Assembly: GCA_963702025.1 (NCBI GenBank)
Contig: OY969699.1
Location: 1,504,001-1,568,000 of the forward strand
From: an uncultured bacterium
GTDB taxonomy: Bacteria > Babelota > Babeliae > Babelales > Vermiphilaceae
Length of the DNA: 64,000 nucleotides
Reading direction: 5' to 3'
The position numbers and the translations under genes were made by a program. Position 1 is the stretch's first letter. Each line of letters starts with the position of its first letter. The notes beneath the pieces were generated by a model. The model had not been told where the DNA came from and ran no database searches. It worked only from the letters and a program-made list of their open reading frames with translations. Shown one piece after another: positions 1 through 12,076 of the stretch.

Positions 1-2
1 CT

Positions 3-335
3 ATAAAAGAACGATTCCTCTATAAAGTGCTGGCATTTACCACTGGCACTCTCATGAACCTTGCCACTATTTTAATTAAACCATTGCTCCAATCAAATGA
101 ATCACAAACAAAACTCACTGCGGATCATTTGAATAAAATTCAATGCCCTATTTTCTTTATTCACTCAAACGATGATTCATATTGCCCATTACAAAACATC
201 CAAGATCTAACGGAAAAAGTACCGTGCAAAACATGTTGGTGGATCAATCAATCAGAGCATGCGCTTAATCATATTAAACATAAAAATGAGTATCAAAAAC
301 AGCTGAATATGTTTTTATCGAGTATGCTTGTTTAG
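3..335 (+). CDS. Alpha/beta hydrolase, C-terminal part (5' end outside window)
   Basis: Frame open from position 3; LNKIQCPIFFIHSNDDSYCP and a late His (SEHALNH) match the Asp/His end of the alpha/beta hydrolase fold. Confidence 0.65.
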   Translation: MKERFLYKVLAFTTGTLMNLATILIKPLLQSNESQTKLTADHLNKIQCPIFFIHSNDDSYCPLQNIQDLTEKVPCKTCWWINQSEHALNHIKHKNEYQKQLNMFLSSMLV

Positions 336-1144
336 TACAAATACTCATAGGCAAATATAATAGCTTTTTGCGTAGTGCCATTATTTTGATATTTGACCGT
401 AACCGGAACATTTGCCGGAATCGAAGAAGCTCCTAATGAGGACTGTCCCAAAATATATGTTTGTGGTGGACCAAATTCAAAGTTAGATATCGGTCGGACG
501 GTGAGACCTACAACCGTTGGCGTTGCTACCGCATAATTATTGGGCGATGCTACTTCCATTGTCACTGTATTATTAATCGTATCTATAGCAATTATCCTAC
601 CCAGATCATCAGTATTGGTGCCATCACTTAATATAATACAATAACCAACCATACTATTTGTTATCACCGAAGGAGAAACATTAATTATGGTGTCGCCAAC
701 ATTAACATCGTGCGTGATGGTACCAATGGGTAGATTTGATGGAATTTCAACAGTAACCTTGTCACCTTGATTAGTACTATCTGTGGTGAAGCTTGCTTGA
801 AGTAATGAAACATTGAAGGGCCAGGACATTTGAGCTGTAGTCATCCCGGGTCCAGTAGCAGTCAGAGTAAACGTTTCAGCTCTAAAATTACCACCGGTAG
901 GCACTGATTCTTGTTGAATTTTTACTTCATTACTCGCTATCTGATCCACTATTGATATGCTATTGGGGTTAATCACATGCGCGGTGTTATTTGGGCAAGT
1001 GGTTGGCGCAACGGTGTTCCATTCATACACGTTTTGAGCTTCAGTGATACAATAAATACGGTATTGATACACAACGCTCGGCGTGTCAGCAAAGCCTACA
1101 CTGATACCCAAAATAAATAACAATCCTATTTCTTTAAACTTCAT
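332..1144 (-). CDS. Secreted beta-rich hypothetical protein, last gene of the surface-protein array
   Basis: 270 aa ORF; signal peptide MKFKEIGLLFILGISVGFA; YRIYC...W...PTTCPNN..H motif. Confidence 0.75.
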   Translation of the reverse strand: MKFKEIGLLFILGISVGFADTPSVVYQYRIYCITEAQNVYEWNTVAPTTCPNNTAHVINPNSISIVDQIASNEVKIQQESVPTGGNFRAETFTLTATGPGMTTAQMSWPFNVSLLQASFTTDSTNQGDKVTVEIPSNLPIGTITHDVNVGDTIINVSPSVITNSMVGYCIILSDGTNTDDLGRIIAIDTINNTVTMEVASPNNYAVATPTVVGLTVRPISNFEFGPPQTYILGQSSLGASSIPANVPVTVKYQNNGTTQKAIIFAYEYLY

Positions 1145-1154
1145 TGTAATCCCT

Positions 1155-2828
1155 TTATATATTGGTAATCTTTACCGTTGTATAAACTTCATCACCAAAA
1201 CCCCCTGCTATCCCAAAGCCATCATTTGCTTCAGTGACTGTGCACTGATGTTGTATGGCAAGAGTGGTAACCTTATTTATGAGTATATTCGTTTCAATCA
1301 GCGAATAGGTAGCACCGCCAGAGCTATTCGCAATTGCAGAAGAACCGTAGGCAATAGTTGATCCATCAGTTATATTTTGCAAACGTACTTGGTGTAGCCC
1401 TACTTTATATGCCGGAGCGCTAATTTGAATAGTATAGGTTCCTGGCTGCAAAGTAATTTGATTTGATCCAAGAGAAATAGTGCTTGCTATTGCGGATATG
1501 ACTGTTAAATCTCTTGTCTGCCAAGCCCCTGCGGTAAAAGTACCGCCATTTGTTCCAGTTGATTTTTGGTCAGAGATAAAAACAGGAACAGAACTATTGG
1601 CCCCCGCAGGATCATCAACCACTCCGAGCACCCCCCATGAAGTATCCAAAGCACCTGCTGCTGTATATCTGGCCACCATAATATCACTATCATTCATGCC
1701 GATGGCAACAATATCACCATCACTTTGAATCAAGCAATCAACCCCTTGCGCATTCGATAGCAGTGCTATACCGTTGCTCCCAAAAGAATTATCTAATGAG
1801 CCGGCAGTGGTATACTGCAACACAGCCAAATTACTATCGGAAAAACCAGTAACCACTAAAGATCCATCCGCTTGAAGTGCTACCGCATTTGCTAAAGCGG
1901 TAGATCCTACTGTTTGCAATGTGATCCCACTGGCTCCAAACGTTGTATCTAAAGAGCCACTCGAAGCATAACGGGCAATAAAAGTATTTGTGTCGGAATA
2001 ACCGACACCGATAATATTTTCATTTGCATCAAGCACAATACAATTTAAAGCAGATTCCGAACCCGAAACAGTAGTTACGATACCGTTGATTCCAAAGGAA
2101 TTATCTAGCGTTCCATCGGTATTATAACGAGCGAGTGCAACCTCCCATGCGGAATTTATACGTGCAAACCCACCCACAATAATTTGCCCATTACTCTGAA
2201 TTACCACTGATTGCGCGCAAGCGCCAATGCCAATCTGAGTAGTAACAATACCACCGGCACCAAACGTTGTATCAAGAATACCTGCAGAGGTAAAGCGCAT
2301 AAGAATAAATTGCGATACCCCATTAAGCACTCCTGCACCGGCAACAATAATATTTCCATCAGTTTGCAATGCGCAAGAATAGGCCGAACACCCTCCGCCA
2401 ACCGCTTGCGTTACAATGCCGCTGCTGTTTTGCCCGAAGGTAGTATCCAATGAACCGTCCGTATTATATCGCGCTACTGCAAACTGAGCGCTATTATCTA
2501 ATAATGCAAATCCTGCTACTACTAAGTTGCCATCGCTTTGCAGCGCAATAGAAGTTGCTTGCGCGCTTGATCCTATAGCAGTGGTAACAAGTCCATTTGA
2601 ATTTGAACTGAAGGAACTATCAAAAGAACCATCCGTATTGTAACGATTTACCAAGAACTGCTGGCTATTTCCAATTGTGGCATTTCCAACAACAACAACT
2701 TTGCCATCGCTTTGCAAGACCCCAGCCTGCGATTGTGCCACAGAAATAGTTGGCACCGCGCAATGAACTGAATTAAAAAAAAGCAAAACAAACAATTTTT
2801 TAATAATACCTTTGATCTTCATCGTCAC
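1155..2828 (-). CDS. Secreted delta-60 repeat protein with C1q/TNF-like C-terminal domain
   Basis: Signal peptide; repeated LQSDG.IVVAG...ARY..DGSLDTTFG..G units; C-terminus TNGGTFTAGAWQTRDL...ITLQPGTY. Confidence 0.85.
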   Translation of the reverse strand: MTMKIKGIIKKLFVLLFFNSVHCAVPTISVAQSQAGVLQSDGKVVVVGNATIGNSQQFLVNRYNTDGSFDSSFSSNSNGLVTTAIGSSAQATSIALQSDGNLVVAGFALLDNSAQFAVARYNTDGSLDTTFGQNSSGIVTQAVGGGCSAYSCALQTDGNIIVAGAGVLNGVSQFILMRFTSAGILDTTFGAGGIVTTQIGIGACAQSVVIQSNGQIIVGGFARINSAWEVALARYNTDGTLDNSFGINGIVTTVSGSESALNCIVLDANENIIGVGYSDTNTFIARYASSGSLDTTFGASGITLQTVGSTALANAVALQADGSLVVTGFSDSNLAVLQYTTAGSLDNSFGSNGIALLSNAQGVDCLIQSDGDIVAIGMNDSDIMVARYTAAGALDTSWGVLGVVDDPAGANSSVPVFISDQKSTGTNGGTFTAGAWQTRDLTVISAIASTISLGSNQITLQPGTYTIQISAPAYKVGLHQVRLQNITDGSTIAYGSSAIANSSGGATYSLIETNILINKVTTLAIQHQCTVTEANDGFGIAGGFGDEVYTTVKITNI

Positions 2829-2844
2829 CTACCCACATTATTAC

Positions 2845-2875
2845 CTGCTGCTCGCCAGTTCAAGGCGAGCAGCAG
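2845..2875. terminator. Intergenic 12-bp GC stem-loop (terminator or mRNA-stabilising hairpin)
   Basis: CTGCTGCTCGCC-agttcaa-GGCGAGCAGCAG; no U-tract on the coding (minus) strand. Confidence 0.5.
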
Positions 2876-2886
2876 CTTATTATTTC

Positions 2887-4962
2887 TTACGACCCTATTG
2901 CCACATAATTAAAGTTAGTATTTATTAATGCTGAGTTGCCAACAACCGCAGAAGTGCTGCCCACACTCGCAACGCTCAACGATCCTACGGCGCCGCCCAT
3001 TACTTGAGTAAAAATAAGTGGCGCATTTGCAAATCCGGCGGCAGTATAATCAATGGTAACGCTGCCCGACAAACCGGTATTTGCGCTGCCGGTAAATACT
3101 TTTACGAATGAATTTTGTGGTGAGCCAAGCGCATAGAGTGTTTCATTTGCCGTATTAAAAATGAGATCTCCGGTTGTAGTAATATCGCCGACCACCGATT
3201 CTCCACCACCATTTACCGCAAGACCAACACCAGAAAGTGGCGCTCCTACAGCAACGTTACCAGATGGATTTATCGAAAGGTAACCTGCCCCATTTGTACT
3301 CAATGTTAACGTATTGGACACTGAGGATAATCCCGAATTGGTGCTGCCGCTAAACTGCAGTGAAGGAACATTTGGAGTTCCGGCAGGCAAGATCAATGAA
3401 CCGGTCATAGTATCGCCAGCCTTTAAAAGATTGCCCGAAGCAGTGCCAAGAACGCTTCCTTGCAATGTTGCATAGACCCGATTGGCGTAAAAACTACCCA
3501 CTGCGTCACGAGCAACAATGGCACCGGCAGTATTTAAGTTTGTAGCGCTTGTTGCTTGGTTAAGAACTTTGCCCGGCGTTTGAATTATTCCTAATTTTGT
3601 ATCTTCAATTCCCGCATTCACATTAATATCCGAATCCATTATCGAGTTACTCAGATTTAATTTTGAATAGGCAATATTGGCATATTCATCAATATTAATA
3701 TCGGTTATGCCATAAATATCTGCTCCGGCATTGTTGGGAGCAATCACAATACCCTGCACGCCAAATGTAGTATCCAATGAGCCGTCGGTATTATAGCGCG
3801 CCAGACCATAGTTACTACCGGCAGAGCCCGCTGCAACTATCTGACCATCTGATTGAATAACAACTCCCTGTGCGGCATCAGGGCCCGCTAAAACTGTTGT
3901 AACATACCCGACTGATCCGAAATTTGTATCTATTGATCCATCAGTATTAAACCGCGCCACGGCAAAATAGGAATCAGAAAAACCTGCAGCTATAATTTGG
4001 CCATTTTCTTGTAAAGCAATGCCGTTAATTTGCGCATATGAACCAATGGGTTGTATAACAATACCATTATTGCCAAAACTGGTATCAACCGATCCGTCAG
4101 CGTTGTAACGGACCAGTCCAAAATTATTCCCGGAACTACCACCCACAATAATTTGTCCATTACTTTGCAATACCAGAGAATAAGCTTCATCACCAAGACC
4201 GGTTGGCGTTGAAACAACACCATTGTTTCCAAAATTGCTATCCAAAGAACCATCGGTATTCAAACGCACCAAAACAAAACTCTGCAAACCATTAATAACT
4301 GAAAAGCCACCAGTAATAATTTGTTGATTTGATTGAATTGCTATAGCATTAGACGCTGAAATGTTTCCAACCTCGACAATTGTACTGCCATTAGAGCCAA
4401 AACTGGTATCAAGGATCCCATCGCTAGTATACCGGGCAACTAATATCTCGGGAGTACCATTGACCACAACAGCACCCGCAACCACTAATGATCCGTCATC
4501 TTGCATCACCAAACCGTTCCCATTGGCACCATCACCAAATGCAGTAAATGTAGTACCACCGGTGCCAAATGTATTATCTAAATTCCCGCTTGTATCAAAT
4601 CGCGCAATGAGCAATTCGCTCACGCCATTCACAATACCGCTACCAACAATAACACTGTTATTATTAGAATCAATAAGCAAAGCATTGGCATTAACCTGCG
4701 TAGTGCCCAAAATTGTTGTTACAAAACCATTATTTCCATAGGTAAGATCAAGTTGACCGGATGTGGTGTAACGTGCTATACCAATTTCTGCGTTATTATC
4801 AATTTGCGCATTACCGGCCGCAACAATAGTGCCATCACTTTGCAAACCTATCGCTTGGGCATTGCCACTATCAAAGGTTGCTCTAAGATCTTTATTGACC
4901 AAAATGAATGATAGCAAGAAAAGTAATGTAGTTAAATTTTTCTTAAAAAACATTTTTTCCAC
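2887..4962 (-). CDS. Secreted delta-60 repeat protein with tail-fibre-like C-terminal region
   Basis: Signal peptide; delta-60 units; IAYSKLNL..SI..SDI, ATSATNLNTAGAIVARD, GDTMTGSL, terminal FNYVAIG. Confidence 0.85.
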   Translation of the reverse strand: MEKMFFKKNLTTLLFLLSFILVNKDLRATFDSGNAQAIGLQSDGTIVAAGNAQIDNNAEIGIARYTTSGQLDLTYGNNGFVTTILGTTQVNANALLIDSNNNSVIVGSGIVNGVSELLIARFDTSGNLDNTFGTGGTTFTAFGDGANGNGLVMQDDGSLVVAGAVVVNGTPEILVARYTSDGILDTSFGSNGSTIVEVGNISASNAIAIQSNQQIITGGFSVINGLQSFVLVRLNTDGSLDSNFGNNGVVSTPTGLGDEAYSLVLQSNGQIIVGGSSGNNFGLVRYNADGSVDTSFGNNGIVIQPIGSYAQINGIALQENGQIIAAGFSDSYFAVARFNTDGSIDTNFGSVGYVTTVLAGPDAAQGVVIQSDGQIVAAGSAGSNYGLARYNTDGSLDTTFGVQGIVIAPNNAGADIYGITDINIDEYANIAYSKLNLSNSIMDSDINVNAGIEDTKLGIIQTPGKVLNQATSATNLNTAGAIVARDAVGSFYANRVYATLQGSVLGTASGNLLKAGDTMTGSLILPAGTPNVPSLQFSGSTNSGLSSVSNTLTLSTNGAGYLSINPSGNVAVGAPLSGVGLAVNGGGESVVGDITTTGDLIFNTANETLYALGSPQNSFVKVFTGSANTGLSGSVTIDYTAAGFANAPLIFTQVMGGAVGSLSVASVGSTSAVVGNSALINTNFNYVAIGS

Positions 4963-5027
4963 CTGAAAAATCTTTCTTTTATTTTTTATTCAAAAACACA
5001 CACAAAAAATTAGTTAAGCAAACCCTC

Positions 5028-7142
<2,115 letters not shown>

Positions 7143-7294
7143 TTATAAAAGAGAAAAATTCCTTACTCTTATAATTATTAGCTTATTTAATGTTCATTGT
7201 GCAAGAGCAAAAGAAAGGGCAGCAACTTAACGCTGTGCCCGTACCCATTTGGGTTGCTCGAAATTAGCCTCAGAAGTAATTCACCCAGAAGATC

Positions 7295-9868
7295 TTAAGC
7301 AACTTGCCGAATTTTTGTCCCGAGATTTCCATAAGCGATACCTCCAAAGCCACCTGAGCTAATAGCAGCGTCAAGATTAGCCTGTGTTAATGATATGCTG
7401 GTGTTCCATACTCCCGGATTTACTGTTAAATTAAAAGCATTTGCTGTAGTAGCACCATCGAGAGTGAGTCCCGATAATTTTAATAATGCGGCACTCGCAG
7501 TGGTCCCTGAATATCCCAGATCTCCACCGACATGCACATTAATTGCTCCAGCACCCCAAAGGGCAGCTACTCCATAATATGCATCATTAGTAACATACAC
7601 TTGTGCGTTTCCACCGCCTATATTACTAATATTTGGAATATCCATATTACCATTCCAAAATGCAGTTCCGACAATTACAAGCCCTTGAATATTTTGAAAT
7701 GGCGCATTAATTGCAACATCTCCATCAAGTAAAAGACTTGAGCCTGATGAATTAGTATCAAATTCTGTTCCAACTGAACCACCAAACAAGTAGGCAGCGC
7801 TATAGATTTCTCCGCCACCGAGCCAGGAATTTGTTGCTACCGAACCGGATCCGGATAATCCAAGAAGTTGATTATAGGTTGTATCACAACGCGATTCCAG
7901 TAAAAAGGTGAATGTTTGTGTAAATGTATTATCATATCCGCCTAATCCGCTCGGACCGACGATCCAAAGATGAGATAGCATAGAGGTATATTGACTAATG
8001 CTGATTGGACTAAAATTAATCAAATATATTTTGGTAGGTTTATATATAACATAATTATCACCGGAATTAATGGTCACAAAAGCGGGCGATGAATTATTCA
8101 GTGATCCTTGCGCTAAAGGCTCAGTAATAACGGCTGTACTGGATCCTAAATCCGCATCGACCCAAAACCAAGCATTTGCTGTGGTATCATTCACAAGATA
8201 ACCAACCCACTGTGTCCAAAAATTTGTCGATTGTGAGCTATCAATTACATTCCACCGCTGTCCTGTCGTTCTATTTTTAGCAACAATACTTGAAAATGTA
8301 CCCGATGCAACTTGCGTAAGCTGACCCGTAAAAGTTAAAATTCCATCGTTTATCATCTGCCCGGTGAATGCAACCGGATCAGAAAAATCGGGTTGATCAT
8401 TTAAGAATGTTACCGTTGTGGATTGTGGCAGAATTGGATCCGTTCCCCCCCACCGAGTAAGAAGTTCTTTATAGGTTCTAATAGGGGTCACTGAGGTAAG
8501 TCCACTATTTGCATCATTGCCATTAACTGGGTCAATAAACCATGCAGCCTGTAATAAATTAGGATTTACTACAGGATTGAATGAATTGTTTCCCGCGATA
8601 ACGGTCTGTATGTTCACTAACGGCGGTTGAGTTGCTATACCATTAATGCCCCATGAATTATCAATAATACCAGAGCCGCCATATGCAACTAATAAATACT
8701 CCTCGCTTGCATATCCAACAATAAGAATATCTCCATTACTTAATATTTGTACGGCATTGCCAACATTTACATTTTGGTAGATTGATAGTGCGTATCCAAC
8801 CGTATTGAATGTTGTATCCAAACTGCCGGTACTGGTATAACGGAGTACTATCAAATAATTATCTGAAAATCCAGTAACAATCAGATTACCGCTTGAATCA
8901 ATGGTTACTGCATAAGCTTGCGCTTGACTGCCAATACCGGTAGTAACAATACCATTGGTTCCAAAAGACGAATTTAAAACTCCTGCACTGGTATAATTAG
9001 CAAGACAAATTGAATTGTCTGAATTGCCAACGACAATAATATCTCCATTCGATTGAATCGCTACCCCCTGCGCTTGGGAAATTGTACCAATTTGCGTAGT
9101 TATTACTCCCGGTTGTGCTCCGGAACTATTAAAAGTAGTATCCAACGAACCATCGGTATTAAAACGAGCCACAGCAATCTCATTATTGCCATATGAAGCA
9201 TAGCCCGCAACCACAATTTTACCATCCGCAGGTTGTAAAGCGATCGCGTTAACTTTAGAACGATTGCCTATCGGTAGCGCCACGGTTCCGGGTAATGACC
9301 CACTACTATTGAATGATGAGTCAAGAGCACCAGCGGTTGGCGTATAACGAGCAACAAAAAATTGTGGGGTGCCATTATCAGTAGTAACGCCAGCTACAAC
9401 GCTACTGCCACTTGAATCAATAGCAATTGCATTGCCACTCGATCCAGCGCCAATAGATGTTGTAACAATACCACCGGCACCAAATGATGTATCAAGAGAA
9501 CCATCGGTATTATAGCGAGCAAGCGCTACTTGAGTAGTTCCATTGGAAATAGTATAGCCAACAACAACACTTAGTCCATTTGATTGAAGGGCAATATCCA
9601 ACCCATTTGCCGTATCGCCAATAGAGGTAGTTGTTATTCCATTACCATTAAATGTTGTATCCAGTTTACCAGTACTTGTGTAGCGGGCAACTACAAATTG
9701 ATCAGTATTATTAATGGCCGCTGTTCCAGCTGCAAGAATACTTCCATTAGATTGAACGGCGCATCCTGACGCTTGAGCTCCGCTAACATAAGCTGCCGGT
9801 AGTTTTATGGTACTGACACACAACAAAATGCAAAAAATTTGAAAAAACAACTTTGATACCCTCATCAC
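7295..9868 (-). CDS. Secreted delta-60 repeat protein with a unique C-terminal domain (beta-helix/pectin-lyase-like start motif)
   Basis: Signal peptide; delta-60 units; WFIDPVNGNDANSGLTSVTPIRT motif starts a distinct C-terminal region of about 420 aa. Confidence 0.8.
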   Translation of the reverse strand: MMRVSKLFFQIFCILLCVSTIKLPAAYVSGAQASGCAVQSNGSILAAGTAAINNTDQFVVARYTSTGKLDTTFNGNGITTTSIGDTANGLDIALQSNGLSVVVGYTISNGTTQVALARYNTDGSLDTSFGAGGIVTTSIGAGSSGNAIAIDSSGSSVVAGVTTDNGTPQFFVARYTPTAGALDSSFNSSGSLPGTVALPIGNRSKVNAIALQPADGKIVVAGYASYGNNEIAVARFNTDGSLDTTFNSSGAQPGVITTQIGTISQAQGVAIQSNGDIIVVGNSDNSICLANYTSAGVLNSSFGTNGIVTTGIGSQAQAYAVTIDSSGNLIVTGFSDNYLIVLRYTSTGSLDTTFNTVGYALSIYQNVNVGNAVQILSNGDILIVGYASEEYLLVAYGGSGIIDNSWGINGIATQPPLVNIQTVIAGNNSFNPVVNPNLLQAAWFIDPVNGNDANSGLTSVTPIRTYKELLTRWGGTDPILPQSTTVTFLNDQPDFSDPVAFTGQMINDGILTFTGQLTQVASGTFSSIVAKNRTTGQRWNVIDSSQSTNFWTQWVGYLVNDTTANAWFWVDADLGSSTAVITEPLAQGSLNNSSPAFVTINSGDNYVIYKPTKIYLINFSPISISQYTSMLSHLWIVGPSGLGGYDNTFTQTFTFLLESRCDTTYNQLLGLSGSGSVATNSWLGGGEIYSAAYLFGGSVGTEFDTNSSGSSLLLDGDVAINAPFQNIQGLVIVGTAFWNGNMDIPNISNIGGGNAQVYVTNDAYYGVAALWGAGAINVHVGGDLGYSGTTASAALLKLSGLTLDGATTANAFNLTVNPGVWNTSISLTQANLDAAISSGGFGGIAYGNLGTKIRQVA

Positions 9869-9903
9869 ATATCCTAAGATCTTAGAAGATTTAGCATTTT
9901 TTA

Positions 9904-9931
9904 GGGCGGTAGTCGTTTCAAACTACCGCCC
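9904..9931. terminator. Intergenic 10-bp stem-loop
   Basis: GGGCGGTAGT-cgtttcaa-ACTACCGCCC; followed by an A-run, not a U-run, on the minus strand. Confidence 0.45.
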
Positions 9932-9942
9932 CGATTTCATAT

Positions 9943-12054
9943 CTAAACACCTATAGCAAGATAATTAAACGGGACACTCAATACGGCACCACTTAATACT
10001 GATGCGGTCGTAGCCGTTATTGAATTGAGTCCCAAAATACCAACAATGCCACCTATTGAAGTAAGATAAATCAAAGGGGCACTGGTAAATCCTGCGGCAG
10101 AATAATTTATAGTTATCGTACCGGTGAGTCCTGTATTACCGGTTCCGGTATATATTTTAACTAAAGGTCCTTGAGTACTGCCAACTGCATTCAAGGTTGT
10201 TGCGCTCGTATTAAATAATATATTATCGGAACTTGACACATTGCCGGTTATCAGAGCACCACCACCATCAATAGTTAATCCTACTTCTGAAGAACCGGGA
10301 GTAGCAATGGTCACCGCCCCATTTGCATCTATGGAAAGCGCGCCAACACCATTAGTGCTTAGGGTTAAAATATTTGATGCAGCAGATAACCCAACATTAG
10401 TATTGCCAGTAAACTGCAGTGAAGGATTTGCAGCACTTCCGCCGGGAAGCACTAATGATCCGGTCATCGTATCGCCAGCGACAAGAACGTTATTGGATGC
10501 ACTACCCGTAACATCGCCCACCAAATCAGCCGTAATCACATTTGCGCTGAAATTACCTAAAGAATCACGCGCAACAATTGCGCCGGCAGTGTTTGTTGAA
10601 GTTGCCGTTGTAGCAGAATTTAAAACCTTTCCGGGCGTTTGGATCGTAGCCAATTTAGTATCCTGAATATTGGCACTGGTATTAATATCACTATCAACAA
10701 TGCTATTGGTAAGATCAAGCTGCGAATATTCAATGCCAGCGTTTGCTGCTAAATTGGCTGAAGTTAATCCAGTAATATCTGCCACTGAAGAACTATTTGG
10801 AAAAGCGGTAAAACCATTCGTTCCAAAAGTAGTATCGAGTGATCCATCGGTATTATAACGTGCAAGAAGAGCATTAGTGCTTGCATAACCACCAATTATA
10901 ATTTGACCACTGCTATTAAGCACCACAGTATTTGCAGCCGTACCCAAACCGGAGGAGTCCACAACAACACCCGGCTGATCACCACTACTATTAAAGGATG
11001 TATCCAGGGAGCCATCCGCAGCATTGTAACGAACAATTACAAATGAATTATCAGCAAGGCCGGCCGCAACGATATTTCCATCAGATTGAACCACCAAGCC
11101 ATTTACCTGAGCAAAAGATGCGCCACCAATTGCCGTTGTAACAATACCACTACTTCCAAATGCCGTATCAAGTGATCCATCAGAATTATAGCGAACCAAC
11201 ACAAAACTATTGCTGCCATTACCACCGCCAATAACAATTTGTCCATTGGATTGGATCACCAGAGCATAAGCGCCATTATTGCCGGCAGGGGTCAATACTG
11301 CTCCCGGCTGCACTCCACTCGAATTAAATGTTGTGTCCAATGAACCATCGGCATTATTAAATCGAGCAACGGTAAAACAAGAATTGCCGAATGTATCCTG
11401 CGCAAATCCGCCAACTAAAATCTGATCATCCGATTGCACAGCAACCGCGCGTCCGACTGATTGTTGCCCAATTTGAATGCTCACTACCCCACCTGAACCA
11501 AAAGAACTATCTAACGTACCATCGGTGTTACAGCGAGTTAGAGCGGTAACGGGAGAACCGCTCACTATAGCCACTCCTGCAGCAAGATATTGCCCGGTAG
11601 ATTGTAGAGCAACACCATTCGCTTGCCCACCATTTCCCACCAAATAAATATTATTTCCGGTACCGTTGAATGAAGTATCAGGGCTACCGTCAGTATTATA
11701 TAAAGCAATTGCAAAGTTCGTCGGAGGCACAATTGCATACCCTCCAACGAATGCTTCATTATTAGAAAGAAGAGTTAACCCATTGATTTCAGATTGGGTT
11801 GTACTTAATGCGGTGGCAACATAGCCGCTATTACCATAAGTAACATCAGGAATGCCAAAATTATTGTATCTGGCAATTGAAAATTGGACCAGGTCATTCA
11901 ATTCCACATAGCCGGCCCCAACAATGCTACCATCACTTTGAATTTGCACTGAAAAGATTTCAGCTGCGGTTACTCCCGGTGTCGCTGGTAGCTGAGAAGC
12001 AAAACCGGCAAGAAGGAGCAAAATAGACAATTTTTTTATCAAAAAAGTATTCAT
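9943..12054 (-). CDS. Secreted delta-60 repeat protein with tail-fibre-like C-terminal region (paralogue of 2887 and 12077)
   Basis: Signal peptide; delta-60 units; IQTPGKVLNSATTATSTNTAGAIVARD; terminal FNYLAIG. Confidence 0.85.
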   Translation of the reverse strand: MNTFLIKKLSILLLLAGFASQLPATPGVTAAEIFSVQIQSDGSIVGAGYVELNDLVQFSIARYNNFGIPDVTYGNSGYVATALSTTQSEINGLTLLSNNEAFVGGYAIVPPTNFAIALYNTDGSPDTSFNGTGNNIYLVGNGGQANGVALQSTGQYLAAGVAIVSGSPVTALTRCNTDGTLDSSFGSGGVVSIQIGQQSVGRAVAVQSDDQILVGGFAQDTFGNSCFTVARFNNADGSLDTTFNSSGVQPGAVLTPAGNNGAYALVIQSNGQIVIGGGNGSNSFVLVRYNSDGSLDTAFGSSGIVTTAIGGASFAQVNGLVVQSDGNIVAAGLADNSFVIVRYNAADGSLDTSFNSSGDQPGVVVDSSGLGTAANTVVLNSSGQIIIGGYASTNALLARYNTDGSLDTTFGTNGFTAFPNSSSVADITGLTSANLAANAGIEYSQLDLTNSIVDSDINTSANIQDTKLATIQTPGKVLNSATTATSTNTAGAIVARDSLGNFSANVITADLVGDVTGSASNNVLVAGDTMTGSLVLPGGSAANPSLQFTGNTNVGLSAASNILTLSTNGVGALSIDANGAVTIATPGSSEVGLTIDGGGALITGNVSSSDNILFNTSATTLNAVGSTQGPLVKIYTGTGNTGLTGTITINYSAAGFTSAPLIYLTSIGGIVGILGLNSITATTASVLSGAVLSVPFNYLAIGV

Positions 12055-12076
12055 GGGATCCTTTTAATTATAAGGT

